Below, one piece after another: positions 47,844 to 56,037 of a stretch of 64,000 nt of DNA (the stretch's first letter is position 1; each line of letters begins with the position of its first letter). The DNA is from Pedobacter sp. (GTDB lineage: Bacteria > Bacteroidota > Bacteroidia > Sphingobacteriales > Sphingobacteriaceae). The stretch lies in NCBI GenBank assembly GCA_039810685.1, contig JBDHXL010000009.1, positions 8,029 to 72,028 of the forward strand, given 5' to 3'. The position numbers and the translations under genes are program-made. Under the pieces are notes generated by a model. That model was not told where the DNA came from, did not search any database, and worked only from the letters and a program-made list of their open reading frames with translations.

Positions 47844-49709
47844 CTAGAAATTGATAAATTGCTGATACACCGTTTGCAAATAGGCTTTTCCGTAGTTAAG
47901 TACACTATCGGTTAGCACTTTGTTGTTTTTATCGGTGTTGTATAGGATGTTTTTTCCCAAGTTGTCAAAAGTAACCGTATGTTGGTCTTTGATAAAACCT
48001 AAGCCGTTGTCCCAGCTAAAAAAAGCAAATTTTTTTCGATAAGGGTTCATCAAATCTTTACTCCAAACAAAGTTTTTGGCATTCATGTTTAGCTGCTTTA
48101 GTAATGTAGCCGATAAATCCAATTGACTACCTAGCTCTTTGTAGTTGCGCCCTCTAAATTCTTCTTTGATAACATCTCCGTAGAAAATAAGCGGAATATG
48201 AAATCGCTGCGGCTCATAAATCTCGTGGTTGGCCTTGGGCAAGGGGTGACCGTGATCGGCAATGAAAACAAATAGGGTATTTTTGTACCAAGCTTGTTTT
48301 TTGGCCTCATCCAAGTAGCTGCCTATACAAGAGTCGGTGAAAAAAGCTGTGCTCTTAAATTTCTGAATATTATCAGCCGTTCCAAATTTATAATTGCCTT
48401 GCAAATCGAAAGGCTCGTGGTTGGTCAAAGATAAAATGGTTGAGAAGAATGGTTGCTTAAAAGTATTAGCGTCGGCTAGTTGTCGGCTAAACACTACATT
48501 ATCATAAGCTCCCCACTTGGGGTTCATGTCTTTGGCTTGGAAATTCTTTTTGTCGGTTAGTTTTTTGAAATCGTGACCCAAAATAAAGGCTTTGTAATTA
48601 TCAAATTCGGCCTCGCCGCCATAATAAAATGCAGTTTGATACCCGTTTTTGTAGAATTCTTGACTAATTGCCGGAATTTTTTGCATTTTCTCGGGCCACT
48701 TTACAATACTACCGAAGGCCAATGTAGGGAAACCGGCCAAACTACCAATCAAACCTTTGTCTGTACGATTACCTGTAGCGTAAATATTACTGAAAAATAC
48801 TCCTTTTTTAGCTAAGCTGTCCAAATTGGGAGTTACACCGTCTTCGTTACCTAAGGCCTTGGTTAAATCAGCAGTAAAACTTTCTAAAATAAACAGTACT
48901 ACATTGGGGCGAGGATTTTTTAGGAAATGTACCGTAGTGTCTTTGGGTACAGTATATAACTCATCAACTAGTTGCTTTGCTTCGTCTGCTTTGAAATACA
49001 AATAAGGGTTTTTCTTTACCTTACCACTGGCCAATAAACTAGAGCCCAAATTCCACTCGGTGTTTAGTGAGGCAATATTTAAAATCTGGTAATTGGAAAA
49101 ATAGGCCATACTTTGCGAGTTGGGGGCGGTATCGGTACCACCACGAATAAACAAGAAGTTAACGCCAAAAGCCAGTATTGCTATAATAATCTTTAGGCTA
49201 AGTGGTTCTTTCTTTATTTCGGTGTAGCGACGCACCAACACAAAATTGAGGTAAAAACCTACCGATAGTAATATGGCTAATAAGAATAGAGCCAACATGA
49301 CGGGAGACGATTCGCTTGATGCAAAAGACTCTTTAGGGGTTTTTATAGCAAACTCAACAATGCGGGCGTTTATTTTGCTGCCCCATTCGCGATATACGTT
49401 GAAATTGACAATGCCAATAATACTAAACAGTACAATAAAAAACTTGTTGTAAATCTTAACCCAAGTAAAATTTATACGTGTTTTGGAGGTGAAATGCAAG
49501 GCCAAAAATACCAATAGTGGGATGATGCTGAGGTAGCCAGCCATAGAAAGATCTAGGCGCAAACCGTGGTAAAAAGTAGCCAATTTCTCGCCAAGGGGTA
49601 TTTCTCTCATTTTGGCGTGGTAAACCCCCATAAAAAGCAGTCGGTCAACTGCAAAAAATATAAGCCAGAAAATGTAGTATCTGACAAAGAATAGCAGATT
49701 TTTTAACAT
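47844..49709 (-). CDS. LTA synthase-family (sulfatase/alkaline-phosphatase superfamily) membrane phosphotransferase
   Basis: About five N-terminal TMs, IRGG, PNVVLFILES, GNRTDKG (catalytic Thr), TLTNH-like SLTNHEPF, IADHG; ATG 49709 preferred. Confidence 0.88.
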   Translation of the reverse strand: MLKNLLFFVRYYIFWLIFFAVDRLLFMGVYHAKMREIPLGEKLATFYHGLRLDLSMAGYLSIIPLLVFLALHFTSKTRINFTWVKIYNKFFIVLFSIIGIVNFNVYREWGSKINARIVEFAIKTPKESFASSESSPVMLALFLLAILLSVGFYLNFVLVRRYTEIKKEPLSLKIIIAILAFGVNFLFIRGGTDTAPNSQSMAYFSNYQILNIASLNTEWNLGSSLLASGKVKKNPYLYFKADEAKQLVDELYTVPKDTTVHFLKNPRPNVVLFILESFTADLTKALGNEDGVTPNLDSLAKKGVFFSNIYATGNRTDKGLIGSLAGFPTLAFGSIVKWPEKMQKIPAISQEFYKNGYQTAFYYGGEAEFDNYKAFILGHDFKKLTDKKNFQAKDMNPKWGAYDNVVFSRQLADANTFKQPFFSTILSLTNHEPFDLQGNYKFGTADNIQKFKSTAFFTDSCIGSYLDEAKKQAWYKNTLFVFIADHGHPLPKANHEIYEPQRFHIPLIFYGDVIKEEFRGRNYKELGSQLDLSATLLKQLNMNAKNFVWSKDLMNPYRKKFAFFSWDNGLGFIKDQHTVTFDNLGKNILYNTDKNNKVLTDSVLNYGKAYLQTVYQQFINF

Positions 49710-49715
49710 AGCTTG

Positions 49716-49723
49716 CAAAGCTA
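49716..49723 (-). promoter_or_regulatory. -7 element (TAGCTTTG) for the LTA-synthase/DPP-IV operon
   Basis: caaagcta on + strand, 6 nt upstream of ATG 49709; second identical copy at 49745-49752. Confidence 0.6.
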
Positions 49724-49897
49724 CTAAAAAAAATGGCTCAACATCAAAGCTAGCGCAAGCTACGCAATGAGCTGCAGGTGTATTGTTTGCCAGACTTGGG
49801 TTAAAGTTTGTTTATTGTTGATTTTTTGTAAAGTATTGTTTGTAATGTGTTTTTGCTCAACTTTGTGCCGTAAATTGTTCGGCAAAACCTTGGTCTT

Positions 49898-50902
49898 ATG
49901 ATTTTTATCGACAACGAGGGCAACACCAACCCTCATCTCAATTTAGCTTTAGAGGAGTATGCGTTACGTAATTTTAGCGGAGCTAATGATTATCTCCTTT
50001 TTTATATCAACGAGCCTTCTATCATTATCGGTAGAAATCAAAATACACTAGAAGAGATCAATCAAAAATACATTCAAGAAAAAGGCATACACGTAGTAAG
50101 GCGTATTTCGGGAGGTGGTGCCGTATATCATGATTTGGGTAATCTCAACTTTAGCTTTCTTACGGCACATGATAGCCAGAGCATCAGTAATTTTAAGAAA
50201 TTTACAGCTCCTGTTATTAAAGTGTTAAACGATTTAGGTTTACAAGCCGAGTTGAAAGGCCGAAACGACATACAGGTAGATGAAAAAAAGATTAGCGGAA
50301 CAGCTCAGTTTACCAATGGAAAGAGAATGTTGAGTCATGGTACGCTCTTGTTCAATGCCGATTTGGGCGAGGTAGCCAAGGCCTTGCAAGTGAAAATGAG
50401 TAAAATCGAATCAAAAGGACATAAATCGGTGCGAAGCAGGGTAGCCAATATAAGCGATTTTATGCAAGAACAAATGAGTATTGAGCGCTTTCGGCAAATT
50501 CTGCTTGATGGACTTAATGAAGAAGATGAACCGTTTGTGCATTACCGCTTAAGTGCTGATGAATGGAGAGGTGTACACGAGCTGAAAGCACAAAAGTATG
50601 ATACTTGGGATTGGAACTACGGTCAATCTCCTAAATTTAATATTCAACGCACCAAACGTTTTGCAATTGGCGAAATTGATATCCGGATTTTTGTGGAAGA
50701 CGGTCGTATAGCTACTTTTAAGGTTTATGGTGACTTTTTTGGCTCGCGACCTATTGATGAATTGGAACAGCGTTTTGAAGGGATACGCTACGACGAAGAA
50801 GATATAAGCCAATTGGTGGATGAGCTTGATCTAGAAGCCTATTTTGGGCAAGTAGATAAAACCGCCTTCAAAGAGTTGGTATACGGCGATGACGAGGCGT
50901 AG
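49898..50902 (+). CDS. lplA: Lipoate--protein ligase (LplA/LplJ type)
   Basis: NLALEEY, IIGRNQN, RRISGGGAVYHDLGNLNFSF, GRND, KKISG, HGTLL, WDWNYG, GDFF. Confidence 0.95.
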   Translation: MIFIDNEGNTNPHLNLALEEYALRNFSGANDYLLFYINEPSIIIGRNQNTLEEINQKYIQEKGIHVVRRISGGGAVYHDLGNLNFSFLTAHDSQSISNFKKFTAPVIKVLNDLGLQAELKGRNDIQVDEKKISGTAQFTNGKRMLSHGTLLFNADLGEVAKALQVKMSKIESKGHKSVRSRVANISDFMQEQMSIERFRQILLDGLNEEDEPFVHYRLSADEWRGVHELKAQKYDTWDWNYGQSPKFNIQRTKRFAIGEIDIRIFVEDGRIATFKVYGDFFGSRPIDELEQRFEGIRYDEEDISQLVDELDLEAYFGQVDKTAFKELVYGDDEA

Positions 50903-50953
50903 CCTGGTTATCAACTGGTGTGGTTCCTCAATTATGGCTTAAAACGATAGTGT

Positions 50954-52813
50954 TTATTTGTCTACACGTTTTCCTTTCATGGCTTGGCCTATAGCCATAT
51001 CCATTACTCGTTCGGCAAAAGGACGGGTGTATTCGTTTAGTTCATCGGTCTTTTTCAAAATCAGGTCTTTATCACCCGATTGCAATGCAGTTTTTAGGGC
51101 CTCGATGTACTGTTTAGTACTGGCAATCTCTTGCTCGTTCAACAGCTGTTGGTTCTTGTCCACAAAACGTTCGGCAGTATAAACCAATTGTTCGCCTTCG
51201 CTTCGTGCTTCAATTAACATTCGCTGTGCTACATCACTTTTGGCGTGGGTTATGCTGTCTATCAACATTTTTTCTACCTCCTCATCACTCAGTCCATAGC
51301 TGGGTTTTACTTCTATTTCTTGTTTAATACCAGAACGTAATTCTATGGCCTGTACCGTCAAAATTCCATCAGCATTCAGCAAAAAATTAATATCAACCTT
51401 TGGAAGCCCGGCAGGCATGGCCGGTATGCCTTTGAGATCAAACTCTGCTAGTTTTCGGTTTTCTTGAACCAAGTCGCGTTCGCCTTGGTAAACCGATATT
51501 TTCATGTTCACCTGCCCATCTACCGAAGTGGTATATTGACGACCGGCTTTGGTAGGCACCTTGCTGTTTCTGGGGATGATGACATCCATCAATCCGCCCA
51601 TGGTCTCAATGCCTAAGGATAGGGGAGTGACATCTAATAAAAGAATGTCAGAGCGGTTACCTGCCAATATATCGGCTTGTATAGCTGCTCCAAGAGCTAC
51701 TACCTCGTCCGGGTTGAGGTGATCGTGTGGGGTTTTTCCGAAAAATTCGCGTACACACTTTTTTACTTCTTTGCTGCGGGTAGAACCGCCTACCAAAACC
51801 ACCTCATCAATATCCGCTACGCTGAGCTGGGCATCATTCAAGGCTTGTTGGCAACATTTAATGGTTTCTTCCAGTTTACTGGCAATTAATTGTTGGAAGG
51901 TTTTTCGATTCAGTGCGCACCAAATATCACCAACTTTTTCGTTGAAAATATTTTGTATGCCCATGGTTATTTTGGCTTCTTCGGCTTTTAGTCGTAAGGC
52001 TTGGGTAAGTTCGGGCTGTTCGGCCAATCTGGCTTTATCTATATTGTTGTTGGCTACCCAGTAGTCGAAAATAGCACGGTCAAAGTCATCGCCTCCCAAA
52101 TACGTGTTGCCGTTGGTACTTAAAACTTCAAAAATACCATTTTGTATTTGCAAGATAGAAATATCAAAAGTACCTCCTCCCAAATCATAAACAGCAATGG
52201 TTTTTTTCTCTTGCGGATTGAGCCCAATACCGTAGGCCAAACTTGCAGCGGTAGGTTCGTTTACGATACGCAATACGTCCAAACCAGCTAGTTTCCCTGC
52301 ATCTCGGGTAGCTTGTCTTTGGCTATCGTTGAAATAAGCAGGTACTGTAATAACTACACGGTTTACCGGAGTTTTTAGTGCATGTTCGGCTCGTTGTTTG
52401 AGCTCTTTTAGTATCTCGGCAGATAATTCAATGGGTGTATAAAAACGGTCGGCAACTTGAATTTTAACTAAGCTGTCGCTTTCATCGTCAATAATTTTAT
52501 AGCTGAAAATATCTTTGTGTTCGGCCAAATCGGCATAGGACCTACCTAAAAGGCGTTTTACCGAAAAAATTGTGTTGGCTGGGTCAGTAACTAAATGTGA
52601 TTTGGCTGTAGTACCCACTTTAACTTCGCCATTTTGGTCGAAATGGATTACCGAAGGTACTAATACACCCTTGCCCGTGTCGTTAATGACTTGTGCTTGT
52701 TGCTCGGGATTGATGAAAGCGACTAAACTATTGGTTGTGCCTAAATCTATACCAACAATAATTTCTTCTTTTTGCAAGGAACCTGTTGCCAAGTTGATGG
52801 ATATTTTTGCCAT
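50954..52813 (-). CDS. hscA: Hsp70-family Fe-S assembly chaperone HscA
   Basis: GIDLGTTNS, PAYFNDSQRQAT, DLGGGTFD, VGGSTR; 619 aa, lacks the DnaK acidic tail and ends FAERVMDMAIGQAMKG as HscA does. Confidence 0.82.
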   Translation of the reverse strand: MAKISINLATGSLQKEEIIVGIDLGTTNSLVAFINPEQQAQVINDTGKGVLVPSVIHFDQNGEVKVGTTAKSHLVTDPANTIFSVKRLLGRSYADLAEHKDIFSYKIIDDESDSLVKIQVADRFYTPIELSAEILKELKQRAEHALKTPVNRVVITVPAYFNDSQRQATRDAGKLAGLDVLRIVNEPTAASLAYGIGLNPQEKKTIAVYDLGGGTFDISILQIQNGIFEVLSTNGNTYLGGDDFDRAIFDYWVANNNIDKARLAEQPELTQALRLKAEEAKITMGIQNIFNEKVGDIWCALNRKTFQQLIASKLEETIKCCQQALNDAQLSVADIDEVVLVGGSTRSKEVKKCVREFFGKTPHDHLNPDEVVALGAAIQADILAGNRSDILLLDVTPLSLGIETMGGLMDVIIPRNSKVPTKAGRQYTTSVDGQVNMKISVYQGERDLVQENRKLAEFDLKGIPAMPAGLPKVDINFLLNADGILTVQAIELRSGIKQEIEVKPSYGLSDEEVEKMLIDSITHAKSDVAQRMLIEARSEGEQLVYTAERFVDKNQQLLNEQEIASTKQYIEALKTALQSGDKDLILKKTDELNEYTRPFAERVMDMAIGQAMKGKRVDK

Positions 52814-52817
52814 GTCG

Positions 52818-52825
52818 CAAATTTA
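52818..52825 (-). promoter_or_regulatory. -7 element (TAAATTTG) for hscA
   Basis: caaattta on + strand, 4 nt upstream of the ATG. Confidence 0.65.
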
Positions 52826-52858
52826 GATTCTTTCTACTCAACAATTGTTGAGTTTAGG

Positions 52859-54115
52859 TCAATTCGTGTCTATTTTTTTATTTTTTTCTTTCTCGGCTAT
52901 CCAAAGCGAGAGGTATTTGGTGCTCTGCAAACTGTGGTGACGCAAAATTTCGCCTATAAAATTCTGTTCTCGGTGTTGTGTTAGGTTTGCTTGCAGGGTG
53001 TTAATTTGGTGCAGTAGTTGCGTTTTCCATTTTTGTCGAGCAAACAACTGGTTGATAATAGGAGCAATGTTTTTTTGCGCCTCCATCCATTTGTCTTTAT
53101 GCGTATAGAGCGCAAGTGCCTGCTCACAGAAAACGGTTTTGTTGTCGCTAATATAACCTGGCCAAGCTAGTTGTTGGTGCATACCTTCGGCTCCTATACT
53201 GCTCGTAACCGATGGGGTGCCGCTTTGCATGGCATCAATTAATTTGCCTTTTGCACCTGCACCAAAGCTAAGCGGAGCCAACATTACACGGTGTTGGGCT
53301 ATACTAGCTAAGGCGTTCTCAGTTCTTCCTTCAATTAAAAAACCATCTTTTTCTTGGTGTAGTTGTAATACTTTATGGCTTGGGTAGGCACCGTAGATAT
53401 GCAATGTAGCTTGTTTGGCTTTTTTGCGAATAATTGGCCAAATCTCATTTTTTAAACTAAGTACAGCTTGCCAATTGGGTTCGTGTATAAAATTGCCAAT
53501 AAATACAAATCCGGTTCTGTCTTCGAATTTGGTCCATTGTGCCATCTTGTTTTCATCCAATTCATCCTCCATAAATGGCAGGTAAAACAACAACTCTTCG
53601 GCAATCTGAAAAGTTGCAGTAAGTAGTTTTATCTCGGCCTGCGAAATAATGATCGAAAGGTCGCAGCGTAGTATAGAGGCAATTTCTCTTTTGGCTATTT
53701 CGTTATACAGATGCTTCGTTTCAAAATTATTTTGCTGCTTATAAGCATTTTCTCGGCCTTTTCGGAGTAGGTGTAAGTCTTCTGTGTCGAGCAATAAAAG
53801 TGTATTAGGACAGTTTTGTCTTACTCGCCAACCGTATTGTTCTTCGGTGATAAAGCGGTCGAAAATGACAATATTTGGCTGTAATTGGGCTACCCATTGG
53901 TCAAAACTATTGTCGTTCAGTTTGATGGGACATACCTCAACTCCTAAATCTTGTAGCGGGAAAGAATAAGTGCTCCATTGTGCTGCAGAAGCAAAATAGC
54001 AGGTATATTGTTCGGGCTCAAAGCAATTTAATAGTTGCAAGATACGGGTTCCGGCTGCAGACGATTGGGGCTCTGGCCATACCAGACCTATGAATAAGAC
54101 TTTTTGCTTTTTCAT
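52859..54115 (-). CDS. GT4-like glycosyltransferase (WPEP family)
   Basis: VWPEPQSSAAG, FDRFITEEQYGW, DTEDLHLLR, IGNF.HEPN, APLSFGAG.KGK; start at ATG 54115. Confidence 0.8.
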   Translation of the reverse strand: MKKQKVLFIGLVWPEPQSSAAGTRILQLLNCFEPEQYTCYFASAAQWSTYSFPLQDLGVEVCPIKLNDNSFDQWVAQLQPNIVIFDRFITEEQYGWRVRQNCPNTLLLLDTEDLHLLRKGRENAYKQQNNFETKHLYNEIAKREIASILRCDLSIIISQAEIKLLTATFQIAEELLFYLPFMEDELDENKMAQWTKFEDRTGFVFIGNFIHEPNWQAVLSLKNEIWPIIRKKAKQATLHIYGAYPSHKVLQLHQEKDGFLIEGRTENALASIAQHRVMLAPLSFGAGAKGKLIDAMQSGTPSVTSSIGAEGMHQQLAWPGYISDNKTVFCEQALALYTHKDKWMEAQKNIAPIINQLFARQKWKTQLLHQINTLQANLTQHREQNFIGEILRHHSLQSTKYLSLWIAEKEKNKKIDTN

Positions 54116-54181
54116 TTGCTGCAAAGGTCAGCAATTTATGCTTTATATTTTAGTTTTGTTGTTGCATAGATAGGCAAATAC

Positions 54182-54189
54182 TACCTTTG
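54182..54189 (+). promoter_or_regulatory. -7 element (TACCTTTG) for the lpxK-PNP-porin operon
   Basis: Consensus match 8 nt before ATG 54198. Confidence 0.6.
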
Positions 54190-54197
54190 TTTTGCTT

Positions 54198-55250
54198 ATG
54201 TTAAAAGTAATCCGACTTTTATTGTGGCCTTTGAGCTTGCTTTTTGCGGTAGTAGTTTACTTCAGAAATCGATTATTTGATTGGGGTATTTTCCCCTCCA
54301 AAAGCTTTGATAAACCGGTTATTGCCGTTGGTAATTTGGCTGTGGGCGGTAGCGGCAAAACCCCAACGGTTGAATATTTGTTGCGTTTGCTTGATGGTTA
54401 TAAGGTAGCGGTATTGAGTAGGGGTTACGGCAGAAAAAGTAAAGGCTTTTTGTTGGCCGATGAAAATTCGGATGCACAAAGCATTGGTGATGAGCCTTTA
54501 CAATACTATCGTAAATTTCCGCAGGTTACTGTTGCAGTTTGCGAAGACAGAGTAGAAGGTATTGCCCGGCTATTGCCCAAACACGATTTGATTTTGCTGG
54601 ATGATGCCTATCAACACCGTTGGGTGAAACCCGGGTTTAATTTGCTTTTGTTTGATTGGCCACGGCTTATACGCCGACAATGGCTGTTGCCTAGTGGCGA
54701 TTTGCGAGAACCTTACTCGGGTGTAAAACGAGCCCAAGCCATTTGGATAACCAAAGCACCCGCTAATCTAACTGATGATGAGTGCAAAAAAGCTTTAGGC
54801 AAATTAAACCTTACCAAACAACAAGACCTGTTTTTTACACAGATACAATATTTAGCACCTCGGGCGTTGCACGGTAAAGGACAAATTTCTTTAACGGCTG
54901 ATGTTGAGGTTTTTTTGTTAAGTGGAATTGCTAATCCCCAGCCTCTACTGCAATATTTGAGTTCGTTGAATATCAAATATCATCATTTTGATTTTCCTGA
55001 TCATTATGCTTTTAAACTAGCTGATATCAAACAGCTCAAAAATGCGTTTGAGACTTCGATTGTACGACAAAAAATTATCTTGACCACCGAAAAAGATGCT
55101 CAACGATTATTTGGCGATGAGTTTAAAGAATTACTGTTAAATTTGCCGATATACTATTTGCCTATTCAGTTTACTTTGGGTGAGACCGAGAAACTGCAAT
55201 TTGACAAAAAAATATTAGATTATGTTGCAAGCTTTAGAAGAGTCAATTAA
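54198..55250 (+). CDS. lpxK: Tetraacyldisaccharide 4'-kinase
   Basis: VGNLAVGGSGKTP, LSRGYGR, GDEP, LDDAYQH, LPSGDLRE, FPDHY, TTEKD. Confidence 0.96.
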   Translation: MLKVIRLLLWPLSLLFAVVVYFRNRLFDWGIFPSKSFDKPVIAVGNLAVGGSGKTPTVEYLLRLLDGYKVAVLSRGYGRKSKGFLLADENSDAQSIGDEPLQYYRKFPQVTVAVCEDRVEGIARLLPKHDLILLDDAYQHRWVKPGFNLLLFDWPRLIRRQWLLPSGDLREPYSGVKRAQAIWITKAPANLTDDECKKALGKLNLTKQQDLFFTQIQYLAPRALHGKGQISLTADVEVFLLSGIANPQPLLQYLSSLNIKYHHFDFPDHYAFKLADIKQLKNAFETSIVRQKIILTTEKDAQRLFGDEFKELLLNLPIYYLPIQFTLGETEKLQFDKKILDYVASFRRVN

Positions 55251-56037
55251 ATACCTGAAATCAAAAATAGGAGATTTTAGCCCTGAAGTTGGTATAATAC
55301 TGGGTACGGGTTTGGGCGATTTGGTAAATGAAATTAGTGTTGAGCACAGCGTAATGTACTCAAGTATCCCCAATTTCCCAATATCTACATTAGAGTTTCA
55401 CTCTGGTAAGTTGATTTTTGGGCTGCTTAGAGGGAAAAAAGTAGTGGCTATGCAAGGCCGATTACATTATTACGAAGGTTATTCTATGCAGCAAATCACT
55501 TTCCCGGTGAGGGTGATGAAATTTTTGGGTATTTCCACCTTGTTGGTGTCCAATGCGGCAGGTTCGCTCAACCCGGCCTTCAAAAAAGGGCACCTGATGA
55601 TTATTAACGATCACATCAATTTGCAGCCCGAATCTCCTTTGCGAGGGATTAACTACGGCGATTTGGGGCCTCGTTTTCCTGATATGAGTCAGGCCTATGA
55701 TAAAAAATTAGTAGCCAAAGGCTTGGAAATTGCCGCCTCTTTGCAAGTAAATTGCCATCAAGGGGTATATGTTTCTGTTACAGGGCCTAATTTAGAAACT
55801 AAGGCCGAGTACCGCTACTTGAGGACAATTGGTGGTGATGCAGTAGGGATGAGCACCGTACCCGAAGTAATTGTGGCTAGGCACATGGGAGTGCCCGTTT
55901 TTGCCATTTCGGTACTGACCGATGAGGGCTTCCCCGAAGATCTACAACCCGTTAGCCTCGAAGAAATTATTGAGACTGCAAAAATTGCTGAACCGAAAAT
56001 GACCCAAATATTGGCTACTTTGATTTCTAGCTTGTAA
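55222..56037 (+). CDS. Purine nucleoside phosphorylase (trimeric PNP-I / PunA type)
   Basis: GIILGTGLG, MQGRLHYYEGY, SNAAG, GPNLETKAE, VGMSTVPE; overlaps lpxK by 29 nt. Confidence 0.95.
   Translation: MLQALEESIKYLKSKIGDFSPEVGIILGTGLGDLVNEISVEHSVMYSSIPNFPISTLEFHSGKLIFGLLRGKKVVAMQGRLHYYEGYSMQQITFPVRVMKFLGISTLLVSNAAGSLNPAFKKGHLMIINDHINLQPESPLRGINYGDLGPRFPDMSQAYDKKLVAKGLEIAASLQVNCHQGVYVSVTGPNLETKAEYRYLRTIGGDAVGMSTVPEVIVARHMGVPVFAISVLTDEGFPEDLQPVSLEEIIETAKIAEPKMTQILATLISSL

Noticed and set aside
54179-54206. dif-like site (TTATGTTAAAA resembles the XerD arm)
   Set aside because: No XerC arm at the correct spacing; the match is the lpxK start codon region.
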